The position numbers and the translations under genes were made by a program. Below the pieces are notes generated by a model, which searched no databases, was not told the origin of the DNA, and worked only from the letters and a program-made list of their open reading frames with translations. Positions 50,048 through 60,098 of a stretch of DNA of 64,000 nt are shown piece after piece. Numbering within the stretch: the stretch's first letter is position 1; every line of letters begins with the position of its first letter. This DNA is from an uncultured delta proteobacterium (lineage in GTDB: Bacteria > Desulfobacterota > Binatia > UBA9968), in NCBI GenBank assembly GCA_963745035.1, contig CAVUVW010000017.1:192001-256000 (forward strand). Direction: 5' to 3'.

Positions 50048-50899
50048 TTATTGCGCAAAGGTGCCTTGCTGCAGCTCGCGCAGCGTCTGCTGGATCTCCG
50101 CCTGCGTGTTCATCACGAACGGGCCGTAGCGCGCGATCGGCTCGTTCAGCGGCGCTCCGGAAACCAGTAGAAATCTCGCCGGGCTATCGCCGGCGCGCAC
50201 TTCGACGCCGTCACCGTCGTCCCAGACCACAAGCTTTGGCGCTGCGACCGCGGTTGAATCCGCGGCGCCGAAAGACGCTTCGCCTTCGAAAAGATAGGCA
50301 AAGGCAGAGTGCCCCCGCGGAATCGGCTGGACAAGCGATCCGCCCGGCGCAAGCGACACGTCGAGATAGGTCGGTTCGGCGGCGATGCCGCTGATCGGCC
50401 CGGCAACGCCGTCGACTTTGCCGGCGATGACGCGAACTCTGGCTCCGCCCTCGCGTTCGATCGCAGGGATCTCGTTTGCGTGAATGTTCTGATAGCGCGG
50501 CGCGCTCATCTTCTGGTTCTTGGGCAAATTCACCCAGAGTTGAAATCCCGCGATACCCTCCGGACGCACTTGCGGCATTTCTTCATGCAAAATGCCGCGC
50601 CCGGCGCTCATCCATTGCAGATCGCCGGGTCCGATCTCTCCCGCGTTCCCGGCCGAATCGCGATGGCGCACCGCGCCGGTCAATAGGTACGTAACCGTTT
50701 CGATGCCCCGATGCGGATGCAGCGGAAACCCCGCTTGATAGTCGGCTGGATTTTGCGACTGGAAGTGATCGAGCAGCAAAAACGGATCGAGATAGTCGAG
50801 CGTCCGCGTACCGATGCTGCGTTTGAGCCGCACGCCGGCGCCCTCGACGACCGCTTGCGGTTCGATGATCTTGGCGATTTTTCGTGCTGTCGTTTTCAT
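50048..50899 (-). CDS. Pirin-family protein
   Basis: DPFLLLD, HPHRGIETVTY, AGRGILHEE, GPFVMN. Confidence 0.93.
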   Translation of the reverse strand: MKTTARKIAKIIEPQAVVEGAGVRLKRSIGTRTLDYLDPFLLLDHFQSQNPADYQAGFPLHPHRGIETVTYLLTGAVRHRDSAGNAGEIGPGDLQWMSAGRGILHEEMPQVRPEGIAGFQLWVNLPKNQKMSAPRYQNIHANEIPAIEREGGARVRVIAGKVDGVAGPISGIAAEPTYLDVSLAPGGSLVQPIPRGHSAFAYLFEGEASFGAADSTAVAAPKLVVWDDGDGVEVRAGDSPARFLLVSGAPLNEPIARYGPFVMNTQAEIQQTLRELQQGTFAQ

Positions 50900-50936
50900 G
50901 ATTGCACCTCCCGTTTCGTTGGAAAGCCGACGGCGA

Positions 50937-51521
50937 CTACGCCTCGCTCTTCTGCGCCTCGTTCGTCTTTTGCAATCCACGCGTCCAGTTGACCAGGATT
51001 CCCAGCAATTGGCGGATCAATTTTTTGGTCTCCTCGTTCGTAAGATTGCCGTCGCCGTCGAAATGCTCGGCCGCATTGCCGATCATGACTTCCGGCTGAT
51101 TGACCGGCAAGATATTCAGAAACACGAAGACCTGCCGCAAGTGATATTGCGCCCGCGCCGTCCCAAACCGTCCCACCGAGGCGCCCATGATCGCCGCCGG
51201 CTTGCCCGTCCAGGCGCTGTCGCCGTAGGGCCGCGAAGCCCAGTCGATGGCGTTCTTCAAGCCGCCGGGAATCGAGTAGTTGTATTCCGGTGTTACGAAC
51301 AGCACGGCGTCCGCTTCGCGGATGCGCTTTTTGAGCTCGACCACTTTTGCCGGCGGCTTCCGTTCGTCATCCTCGCTAAAAACCGGAATGCCGTCGAGCT
51401 CGATAGTCTCGAGAACGGCGTCCTTGGGCACAAGCTGCTGCGCGGCGCGCAGCGCCGCCCGGTTATAGGACTTGCGCCGCAGGCTACCGGCGATACCGAG
51501 AATGCGAATCGGTTTATCCAT
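50937..51521 (-). CDS. NAD(P)H-dependent FMN reductase
   Basis: GSLRRKSYN, TPEYNYSIPGGLKNAIDW. Confidence 0.92.
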   Translation of the reverse strand: MDKPIRILGIAGSLRRKSYNRAALRAAQQLVPKDAVLETIELDGIPVFSEDDERKPPAKVVELKKRIREADAVLFVTPEYNYSIPGGLKNAIDWASRPYGDSAWTGKPAAIMGASVGRFGTARAQYHLRQVFVFLNILPVNQPEVMIGNAAEHFDGDGNLTNEETKKLIRQLLGILVNWTRGLQKTNEAQKSEA

Positions 51522-51639
51522 GGCGTGAATCTCCTTTTTGGCAATCTCCTTGATGCTGTAAAACATACACATGAAACGCTTTTTCGACTAGACGGTGAAA
51601 CTTGGAAACACTCTTCAGCCTAATGTAAGATCGCCGGCC

Positions 51640-52521
51640 ATGGATCTCGACGGCATCGCAATTTTCGTCAAGGTCATGCAAGCGGGGAGCTTCAGCCAGG
51701 CGGCCAAGCTGCTCGGCATGCCCAATTCGACGGTGAGCGCCAAAGTTTCGGCGCTGGAGAAGCGCCTCGGCGTGACATTGCTGCAGCGCACGACGCGCCG
51801 GCTGCGTCCGACCCCAGCCGGCGAGGCCTACTTCCAGCGTTCGGTCCGGGCGCTGGAAGATCTGCAAGCAGCGGAAAACGAGCTGGAAAGCGCGCGCGCC
51901 GAACCGAACGGCGTGCTGCGCCTGACTGCTCCCACCGACGTCGGCCATGACATCGTGCCTGCTTTGGTTCGCGACTATCTTGCGGCGCACGCGCGGATGA
52001 AGGTGGATCTCGTGATTACCAACCGCGTTCTCGATCTCCTCCGCGACGGCATCGACCTCGCGATCCGCGCCGGCCGACTCAAAGACTCCGGTCTCATCGC
52101 CAAGCGATTCGAGCTCGGTCACTTCGGCCTGTGGGCGAGTCCCGATTATCTCGCGAGCCGCGGCGCGCCGCGCCACCCCAAAGATTTAGCGCAGCATGAG
52201 TGTTTGGTATTCGCGCAGCTCAAGAACGCCGGCTTTCGACTGAGCAACGGAAAGGAAATGGTTCGCGTGCGGGTCAAGGGCAGAGTGATCGCGGACGACT
52301 TCGAAACGATGCGGGGACTTGCCGTGCTCGGCGTGGGCATCGGCTTTCTTCCGAGCTTTCTTTGCGCGGAGCAACAGAGGCGAGAAAAGCTCGTTCGCGT
52401 GTTGCCCCAGTGGCGCGGCGATCAAGTATCCATCTCGCTCATCTACCCGGCGCAAAAATTCGTGCCCGCCAAAGTCCGGGCGTTTATCGCGATGGCGGGC
52501 GAAGTGCTGAAGAAGAAATGA
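51640..52521 (+). CDS. LysR-family regulator
   Basis: GSFSQAA...LEKRLGVTLLQRTTR; divergent from reductase and pirin. Confidence 0.93.
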   Translation: MDLDGIAIFVKVMQAGSFSQAAKLLGMPNSTVSAKVSALEKRLGVTLLQRTTRRLRPTPAGEAYFQRSVRALEDLQAAENELESARAEPNGVLRLTAPTDVGHDIVPALVRDYLAAHARMKVDLVITNRVLDLLRDGIDLAIRAGRLKDSGLIAKRFELGHFGLWASPDYLASRGAPRHPKDLAQHECLVFAQLKNAGFRLSNGKEMVRVRVKGRVIADDFETMRGLAVLGVGIGFLPSFLCAEQQRREKLVRVLPQWRGDQVSISLIYPAQKFVPAKVRAFIAMAGEVLKKK

Positions 52522-52679
52522 GCGAGTGTAAAAGCGTCTACTTCGACGAAAATCGGAACGCAATTCCGGGCGCGGCCATGCGGTGCTGGTGATGAATGAA
52601 TTAAAGAGCGACGGTTCCTTACGACAACAGGAAACCCCACGCCGGCGCGCTCTGCTAAAAAATTCTTTTGCGGGAAGTT

Positions 52680-52713
52680 TAAAAAAGGGTGTCCCCGATT
52701 TCGGGGACACCCT
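52680..52713 (-). terminator. Intrinsic terminator of the 66-aa gene
   Basis: agggtgtccccgaaatcggggacaccc followed by T run on the reverse strand. Confidence 0.75.
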
Positions 52714-52804
52714 GCGTGATAGCCGCAAACTTGAACTGAGGAGGAGAGTTCAGTTTGCGCTCGGGAACACAGGTCGCCGGCACGCACCGGCAAGCTCGAA
52801 ATCG

Positions 52805-53005
52805 CTAGCGCATTCGATTCATGGAGTACTGCAGTTTTTTCAGCTCACCTTGGAGATACATGTCCTTCAGCTCATGACGATCCATATGGGCTTCAAGCAA
52901 CTCCGCCGGAAACATCTTCGCGCCGCAGCGGTGGCAGACCGCCGCGCGAAAAGTATCTTTCTCATACTGGATGTCGTAATACTCCTGCCCTATAGCTGAT
53001 TCCAT
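52805..53005 (-). CDS. Small protein with C2H2 zinc-finger motif
   Basis: C-x2-C-x12-H-x3-H; purine-rich SD, own terminator. Confidence 0.7.
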   Translation of the reverse strand: MESAIGQEYYDIQYEKDTFRAAVCHRCGAKMFPAELLEAHMDRHELKDMYLQGELKKLQYSMNRMR

Positions 53006-53049
53006 TTTGTCCCTCTCTGCCGATTATTGATGCAACGCAGGCGTGTTTA

Positions 53050-53066
53050 CGCATTTGATATGCCAA
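53050..53066 (-). promoter_or_regulatory. Putative sigma54 promoter
   Basis: TTGGCATATCAAATGCG (GG-N10-GC) about 45 nt upstream of the ATG. Confidence 0.45.
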
Positions 53067-53341
53067 GGCCAGGGCGGCCCCCTACTTCGCCCAAGTGGTT
53101 GATATTGCGTCGGTGCTACTTTCGGAGAAACTGGTTTTGGCTTCCCCAATCGCACAAAGAACGTTGGCAGGCGTTGTCTGCCATTTACATTTTTGTGCCC
53201 TCATCGGACGAAGGCGTCGCGGGTAGTCAGCAATCAAGCCCAACAAAAGACGGCCATTTGCGAGTCCGGCATCCCGCTTGACACCATAGCGGCGTCGGCG
53301 CAATGGTAACTTTGTCGACGCGCCGCTGCCGCGAGGAAACC

Positions 53342-54315
53342 ATGACGACCGACTGCCTGGATATCGAATTTCCGATTATGCGCTACGACATCACTCTGCC
53401 CATCCTCGAAGGGCGTGTGCCGATCGAAGGCGTCAATCTCAAGCCGGTCAAAGCGTCGTCGATGATCAACAAAGAAGATCCGAAGCTGATGAGCGGCGAC
53501 TTCGGTCTCATGGATTTGAATATCGGCTATCTCTTGCCCGCCATCGAAGCGGGTTGGGAAATCGTCGGCCTGCCGGTTTTTTCCAAGCGGAAACCTGCCT
53601 ACCAGCTGATCTTCTGTCATGCCGAGTCGGGAATTCATGCGCCCAAGAGATCTGGCGGGCAAGCGCATCGGCTCGCGCACCTATCGCACCGCGTTGACCG
53701 TATGGGCGAGAGGATTGTTGCGCGAGCGCTATGGTGTCGACTTCTCGAATGTGCGCTGGGTGTTGCAGGCCAAAGAAGTCTTTCCCGTGCACGATCAAAA
53801 TTTAAAGATCGAGTACGTCGATGAATCCAAGAATATGGCGCAGCGACTGGTCGCCGGCGAGTTGGACGCGATCCTCACCGACATCTCCGACACCAAAATG
53901 TTTGACAGCTTGGAAAACCATCCGAAGATCAAGCGCCTCTTTCCCGATTACCAGAAGGACGATCATCAGCTCTACCGCGATACCGGCATCTACACACCGG
54001 TGCACATGATCGTCATGAGCCGTAAGCTCGACCGCGCACAGCCGGAGTTGGCGGCCAAACTTTACGCCGCCTTCGAGAAAGCGAAACAGATCGCCTACGA
54101 CGATATCTCGAGTGATCGCGGCGGCTTTTCCGTCGTCTACTTGCGCGAGCGCATGAAAGAGCAAACCGTGGCCTGGGGCGATCCGTGGAAATACGGCATC
54201 AAGGCGAACAAGACCACCATCGACACGTTCATCAAGTACAACGTCGAGCAGGGCATGATCCGCGCCGCGCCGTCCTATGCCGATATTTTCGCAGCGCGGC
54301 ACTCTCGACACTTAG
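53342..54315 (+). CDS. 4,5-dihydroxyphthalate decarboxylase-like (PBP2 fold) protein, frameshifts ~53645 and ~54297
   Basis: YDITLPILEGRVPIEGV...LPVF...DLAGKRIG..YRTALTVWARG...DPWKYGI.AN. Confidence 0.75.
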
Positions 54316-54328
54316 TTGCTCTGACGGC

Positions 54329-54361
54329 TTGAACGATTTGAACGTTTTGAACGGCTTGAAC
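54329..54361. repeat. Single TTGAAC 9-mer arm
   Basis: ttgaacgatttgaacgttttgaacggcttgaac. Confidence 0.65.
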
Positions 54362-54399
54362 CAAGTCGCCTACCGAGGACAGCTTCGAAGGAGATTTTG

Positions 54400-55686
54400 A
54401 TGTTATCGAAAGAGGACAATGAGCTAGTTACTCGAACCAACCCAGGCACCCCGATGGGCAAGCTCATCCGGCGCTACTGGGTTCCGGCATTGCTCTCAGA
54501 AGAAATTCCCGCGCCCGACGGTCCGCCGGCGCGGGTAAAACTCTTGGGCGAAGATCTCGTCGCTTTTCGCGCCACCGATGGCCGCATCGGCCTGATCGGC
54601 GAGCGCTGCGCCCATCGCGGCACTTCACTTTTTTTCGGCCGCAACGAAGAGTGCGGCCTGCGCTGCATCTATCACGGCTGGAAGTATGACGTTGAGGGCA
54701 ACGTGGTCGATACTCCGGCAGAGCCCGCCGGCAGCGACTTCCGCAAGAAGCTGCGCCATACGGCATATCCGACCCACGAGGCTAACGGCATCATCTACGC
54801 CTATCTTGGCCCGCGCGAGTTGATACCGCTGTTTCCCAACTATGAGTGGACCCAGGTACCGCTGGAGTTTACTTACGTCACGAAGAACTTGCTCGAATGC
54901 AACTATCTTCAGGGGCTTGAAGGCGAGTGCGACTCATCCCATTTGTCTTTTCTCCATCGCTCGTTTACCAACGAGCGCAATCAGGCGCTCTACAAGAGCG
55001 ACACGGCGCCCTTCTATGAAACCGAGGATACCGACTTCGGCGTGCGGCTGATCGCCACGCGCAATGCCGCGGACGACCAGCACTACGTGAGATTTTCCGC
55101 CTTCGTCATGCCGGTGTACGGCTGCGTCCCGGCGGGCCGGCCCACCAACGAGCTCGAAGGCTACGAGATTCACACCTATGTGCCGGCCGACGACACTCAC
55201 TGCTGGCGCTACGACATCGGCTTTCGCCGCGACCGCGCGGTGCGCGACGAAGAAGTGCACCGGCGCAAGCAGATCAAGTCCGACTACACACGGATCCGCA
55301 ACGCAGGGAATAACTACCTGCAAGACCGGCAAATGCAAAAGACGGTCAACTTCACGGGGATCGAGGACTTCCTCAACCACGATGCTTGCGCGACCGAAAG
55401 CATGGGAGCGATCTTCGACCGCAGCAAGGAGCACCTCGGTGTCAGCGACAAAGCTGTGATCGCCGTGCGCAAATTTCTTCTGACCGCGGTCAAGGAGTTC
55501 GCCGAAGGCAGAGAGCCGCCTCATCTCGTCCGCGTCACCGGGAGCAACTGGTTCCCGCACGTCGACTGTTTCGCTTACCTACTGCCGCGCAACGTGACCT
55601 GGCGCCAGCACTTCGACTACCTGACCGAATCCGCGCAGAAGGAAAATCCGGCATCCTTCACCGCGCGCCGGAGGGTCGCATCGTAA
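54400..55686 (+). CDS. Rieske oxygenase (phthalate 4,5-dioxygenase-like)
   Basis: CAHRG...CIYHGW; EGECDSSHLSFLH. Confidence 0.9.
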   Translation: MLSKEDNELVTRTNPGTPMGKLIRRYWVPALLSEEIPAPDGPPARVKLLGEDLVAFRATDGRIGLIGERCAHRGTSLFFGRNEECGLRCIYHGWKYDVEGNVVDTPAEPAGSDFRKKLRHTAYPTHEANGIIYAYLGPRELIPLFPNYEWTQVPLEFTYVTKNLLECNYLQGLEGECDSSHLSFLHRSFTNERNQALYKSDTAPFYETEDTDFGVRLIATRNAADDQHYVRFSAFVMPVYGCVPAGRPTNELEGYEIHTYVPADDTHCWRYDIGFRRDRAVRDEEVHRRKQIKSDYTRIRNAGNNYLQDRQMQKTVNFTGIEDFLNHDACATESMGAIFDRSKEHLGVSDKAVIAVRKFLLTAVKEFAEGREPPHLVRVTGSNWFPHVDCFAYLLPRNVTWRQHFDYLTESAQKENPASFTARRRVAS

Positions 55687-55730
55687 AATCGAGCGCGAAG
55701 GCTAAAGCTTCGGGATTCAGGAGAGCTGAT

Positions 55731-56492
55731 ATGAAAAATGGCAAAAATCGCCGCCGAGCCGCTGCTGTCGGAGCATTGATCAAACAATACGAGCAAGAGC
55801 TGAATACCGCCGCCGCAATATTGGACTGGGAAATCGGCGATCTCTGGGGACACGTCGGCGTGCGCCTGCCGGACAATCGCGGCATCGCCGTGCGGATGTT
55901 TCGGCGCCCCGAGCGAGGAAAGAAGGAATGGCTCGTGCATTTTGATTATTCGCTGACCAAGCTTTCCGGCGTGGGCACAATTCCGCGCGAGTCGGTGATC
56001 TATACAGAAATCTTCAAGGCGCGACCCGACGTCAACGCCGCCGTTCACTGCCACGCCGCCATGTGCATCGCGCTCAGCCTGGCGGATACCCCGGTGGATT
56101 GGGTGCACATGCAATCTTCGCGCTTCAAGGGCGGCACACCGATCTTCCGTCGCCCGATCTATATACTCGACCCCGACGAAGGGGCTGCCATCGCGGCGAC
56201 TCTCGGCAGTGCTTCCGGGCTCATGATCAAGGGCCACGGCATCGTGACCGTCGGTGAAACGATCGATGACGCGTGCATGGCTGCGGTTTACATGGAGCGC
56301 ACGGCGAAGATCATGGCGGTCGCGCGCCTGCACGGCTATCAAGGACCGACTCCCGAATCGCTCGAAACCCAGGCCGTGAGCCGAAAAAAGCTCTTTCGCC
56401 GGCCGCGCGACGAAATGTTTCATTCAGCGGATTGGAACTACTACGCCGATAAGGTCAAACGCGGACAGCGTTGGACGCGTGGCTGGACATGA
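55731..56492 (+). CDS. Class II aldolase/adducin-family protein
   Basis: GHVGVR, ARPDVNAAVHCH, KGHGIV. Confidence 0.85.
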   Translation: MKNGKNRRRAAAVGALIKQYEQELNTAAAILDWEIGDLWGHVGVRLPDNRGIAVRMFRRPERGKKEWLVHFDYSLTKLSGVGTIPRESVIYTEIFKARPDVNAAVHCHAAMCIALSLADTPVDWVHMQSSRFKGGTPIFRRPIYILDPDEGAAIAATLGSASGLMIKGHGIVTVGETIDDACMAAVYMERTAKIMAVARLHGYQGPTPESLETQAVSRKKLFRRPRDEMFHSADWNYYADKVKRGQRWTRGWT

Positions 56493-56561
56493 TAGTTCGG
56501 TAGTTTAACTTCATTGCCGAAGATTCTCGTCGCGGCTTCGGTACCAAGGAGATCACCGTCC

Positions 56562-57548
56562 ATGCCCTGTAAATTGCTGTGCACGATCCTCCTGCTGTTC
56601 CTATTCCCCGCCCTCTCCGCTGCTCAGGAAACCCATCTCGTCGCTTACGCCGGCTTCGGCGGCTTTCAAGCGCCCGTGTGGGCGCCCAAGGATCTCGGCC
56701 TCTTCGACAAGTACGGCTTTAAAGGCGACGTTATTCTCGTGCCGGGCTCGGTGCGCCAGATCCAGGCGCTTCAAGGCGGCAGCATCAACTTTGCCCAAGT
56801 CGACGCCGCGACGGCCATCAATGCCATCAACCAGGGCGCGGACATGGTCATGATTTCCGGCTCGCTCAATTCATTTCCCTACAGCTTCATGGCGCAGAAA
56901 GAGATTCGCAAGCCGGAAGACCTCGTCGGCAAGAAAATCGGCGTGCTCGCCGTCGGCGGCGCCACCGAGACGGCGACGATCCTCGCGCTCAAGGCTTGGA
57001 ACGTGCCGCGCCAATCGGTGACTATTTTCCCCGCCGGAGATTCCATGGCTCGCATCGTCGCCATGTCCGCGAAGGCCATTGACGCCACGGTCTTGACGTA
57101 CCCCGACATCAATGAAGCGATTCGCGTCGGCATGCATTCCTTGGCCGAAATGAGCGAGATGAAGGAAGCCTCATTTCCGATGAATGTCATGGTCGCGCGT
57201 CGTTCTTTCCTCGAGAAGAATCGCGATTCGGTGAAGCGCTTCCAACAAGCCTATGCCGAGGGCACACACCAGTTCATGACGAACAAGGAACGCGCGATGG
57301 CGGTCTTGTCTAAACGGCTGCGTTTCAAGAATCCCAAGGCGATCGATGAGACGTATCAGTATTTCGCCAGGAAATTTTCGTTTCCGACTCGAGTTTCCCA
57401 GGCCGGTTTGCGAAACACGTTGGAGCTGCTTTCGCAGCGCACTCCGACGGCAAAGATCGATCTGAATCTTGCCCGCTATCTCGACGAAGGAATTCTCGAC
57501 GAGCTCGAACAAGAGGGATTCTTCAAACGCTTGATGGCCAAAAACTGA
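56562..57548 (+). CDS. NitT/TauT (SsuA-like) SBP
   Basis: GLFDKYG...PEDLVGKKIGV. Confidence 0.85.
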   Translation: MPCKLLCTILLLFLFPALSAAQETHLVAYAGFGGFQAPVWAPKDLGLFDKYGFKGDVILVPGSVRQIQALQGGSINFAQVDAATAINAINQGADMVMISGSLNSFPYSFMAQKEIRKPEDLVGKKIGVLAVGGATETATILALKAWNVPRQSVTIFPAGDSMARIVAMSAKAIDATVLTYPDINEAIRVGMHSLAEMSEMKEASFPMNVMVARRSFLEKNRDSVKRFQQAYAEGTHQFMTNKERAMAVLSKRLRFKNPKAIDETYQYFARKFSFPTRVSQAGLRNTLELLSQRTPTAKIDLNLARYLDEGILDELEQEGFFKRLMAKN

Positions 57549-57675
57549 ATTGTCTGCTCCTCACGGCTTGAGATAAATTGTTTGCGTCCGTAGTGCCAGC
57601 TTGACTCAACGCAAACACCTGCCTTATAAATCGAAGTGCGTTCCGCCGAATTCTGTCGAGGAAGGAAAGTCTCTC

Positions 57676-58683
57676 ATGCGTAAGATTTCCGCTCTACTCT
57701 TCGGTTCATTGCTGATGTTGAATGGAGGCGCCGCGTTCGGCCAATCGGCTCAAATGGTCGCCGCGGCGAAGAAAGAAGGCGGCAAGGTCATCGTCTATAC
57801 CTCGATGGAGACTTTTACCGCCGACGCGCTGAAAAAAGCCTTTGAGGCAAAAACCGGCTTGCAGATGGAATACTGGCGCGGTGGCTCGACCGAGGTTCTC
57901 GATCGCTCGCTCGCAGAGTTTCGCGTCGGCAAACCGCTTTTCGACATCGTCGCCATGACCGGCGATCACATGCACGTGCTCGCGAAAGAAGGCGTTTTCA
58001 CCAAGTACGATTCGCCGTCCTTCAAAGGCTTTGCCAAAGAGGCGATCGACCCCAACCTCGGCGCTCGTTATCGAAACGTTCTATACGGCGTCATTTACAA
58101 TAAAGCCGGCATCAAAGCCGCTGACGCGCCCAAGACGCTCGAAGAGGTCGTCAAACCCGAATACCGCGGCAAGCTGGTCATGCCCCATCCGGTAAATCAC
58201 ACTTTGACCACCCAGTGGTTAGCGAGCCTGGACAAAATCATGACCAAGCCGAGAGCGGAAAAATTCATCCGTGATCTCGCCGCCGCGCGGCCGATCTTTG
58301 TCGAGTCCATCGTCCCCGCGGCCGATCGCGTCGGCACAGGCGAGACACCCATCGGCATCACCTTCCCGCGCTTCGTGACCACTTACAATAAACAGGGCGC
58401 CGATCTCGATTATGTTCGCGACTACACCATGCTCGGCGACGGGCAGTACATCAGCCTTGGCGCTAAAGCACCCCGGCCGAACGCAGGCAAAGCATTTATC
58501 GATTTCTTCCTCGACGAGGAAAGCATGAAGATCCAGGCCGCGACCGGAGAGTTCGTCAATCGCAAAGGCGTCTATCCGCCACTCGCCGACGCCGACAAGA
58601 TCAAGTTCGTGCAGATGTACCAGTTCAATAAAGAAGACTACGAAGTAAAAAAGAAAGAATACCAGAAGATTTTTCTGCAGTAG
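57676..58683 (+). CDS. AfuA-like extracellular SBP
   Basis: AAKKEGGKVIVYTS...APRPNAGKAFIDFFL. Confidence 0.85.
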   Translation: MRKISALLFGSLLMLNGGAAFGQSAQMVAAAKKEGGKVIVYTSMETFTADALKKAFEAKTGLQMEYWRGGSTEVLDRSLAEFRVGKPLFDIVAMTGDHMHVLAKEGVFTKYDSPSFKGFAKEAIDPNLGARYRNVLYGVIYNKAGIKAADAPKTLEEVVKPEYRGKLVMPHPVNHTLTTQWLASLDKIMTKPRAEKFIRDLAAARPIFVESIVPAADRVGTGETPIGITFPRFVTTYNKQGADLDYVRDYTMLGDGQYISLGAKAPRPNAGKAFIDFFLDEESMKIQAATGEFVNRKGVYPPLADADKIKFVQMYQFNKEDYEVKKKEYQKIFLQ

Positions 58684-58720
58684 CGAATGACTACGAGCTT
58701 CTTGGTATCACTCAGTGCTA

Positions 58721-58810
58721 AGAAAGATTTCTCAGTCGCTTCGCTCCTTCGAAATGACAGAATGCAACTCTGTTAGTTGTGTCATTTCGACCGCAGGGAG
58801 AAATCCTTCT
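58721..58810. repeat. GAAATGAC/GTCATTTC palindromic intergenic element
   Basis: agatttctc...ttcgaaatgaca ... tgtcatttcgaccgcagggagaaatc. Confidence 0.65.
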
Positions 58811-58855
58811 TAATTGCCGGAACAATATCTCCGAAGCATATGGAGGCATAGCACA

Positions 58856-59924
58856 ATGGCGGAATTCATAATCGACGCAGACGGTCATATCATGGAAGAC
58901 CACAAGGACATCTTTGCCCACATCAAAGGAAACTTCTCCGAGATGAACTGGCACTCGACATGGCCGATGTTCGACGCCGACGGCTGGCAGCGCGGCTTGG
59001 CGCGCAAAGGCAAGCGCGAAGACCCGGATGCAGAAGCGTGGATACGCTTTCAGAACGAGCATGGCATCGACTGCGCCGTTCTCTATCCGACTTCTGCTTT
59101 GGCGATCGGCATGATTCAACTTCCTGCCTGGGCGTCGGCGATCGCGCAAGGTTACAACGACTGGCTCCATCACCGCTTCACGAGCCAAAGTCCTCGTCTA
59201 AAGGGCGTGGCGCTGCTCGCGCCGCAGGATCCGAAAGCCGCTGCCGCGGAGCTGCGCCGCTGCGTGAAGGAGCTGGGATTCTCCGCCGGACTGTTACCTT
59301 CCGTAACCAACAATCGCACCGCGCTGTATGGTTCGCCGGTCTTCCATGAAATTTACGACGAAGCGCAGCGCCTCGACGTGCCGCTCACCATACACGGCGG
59401 CGTCAGCCAGAATTTGGGACTCGATCGGGTCGCGAGCTTCCTGGAAGCGCACATGCTCGAACATCCGGTGGGACTATTCATTCAAATCACCAACATGATG
59501 TTCCAGGGCGTGTTCCAGGAGTTTCCCAAACTGCGCATGGCCTATCTCGAAGCCGGCGCCGGCTGGGTGCCGTTCATGATGGACCGCATGGAGGAAGACT
59601 ACGAAAAATTCGCCGCCCGCCTGGCGCCGCAGCTCAAAGATCCGCCGAGCAAGTTTTTCAAGTCGCGGAAATATCTTCGTCACCATGGAAGTCGAAGAAC
59701 GCACCGCCCCTTATCTCGCCGACTTGATTCGCGACGACGTGATCATGTGGGCCTCCGACTTCCCGCACGAGCGCGAACGCGACCAATTCGGCGGCGACCT
59801 GCCGCATCTAAAAGCGCGCAAGGACCTGAGCGACGATTTCAAACGGAAAATGCTCTACGACAACCCGGTGAGATTCTACCGCTTCAGCGAAGGCGACATC
59901 GCCGCGGCGAGGAAAGCCAAGTAG
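58856..59924 (+). CDS. Amidohydrolase_2-family protein, frameshift ~59662
   Basis: IDADGH, GYNDWL, LEAGAGW, WASDFPH. Confidence 0.85.
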
Positions 59925-60098
59925 AGTTCATGACGAGTCTAGGCTTCTTGGCTTGGCTCACGACCAGAAGCGTAAAGGCAATATCCATTCGCAACATATG
60001 TTGTCGATAATCGTCTTACGCCAAAGCCGGCCTGGACGGCTGGCAGCTTATTTCGGTCAGGCTCCGAATCTTATATACGGTTTAGCAAGACTCATCGT

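Noticed and set aside
50048-52521. LysR divergent from FMN reductase and pirin
   Set aside because: Common, well-described arrangement
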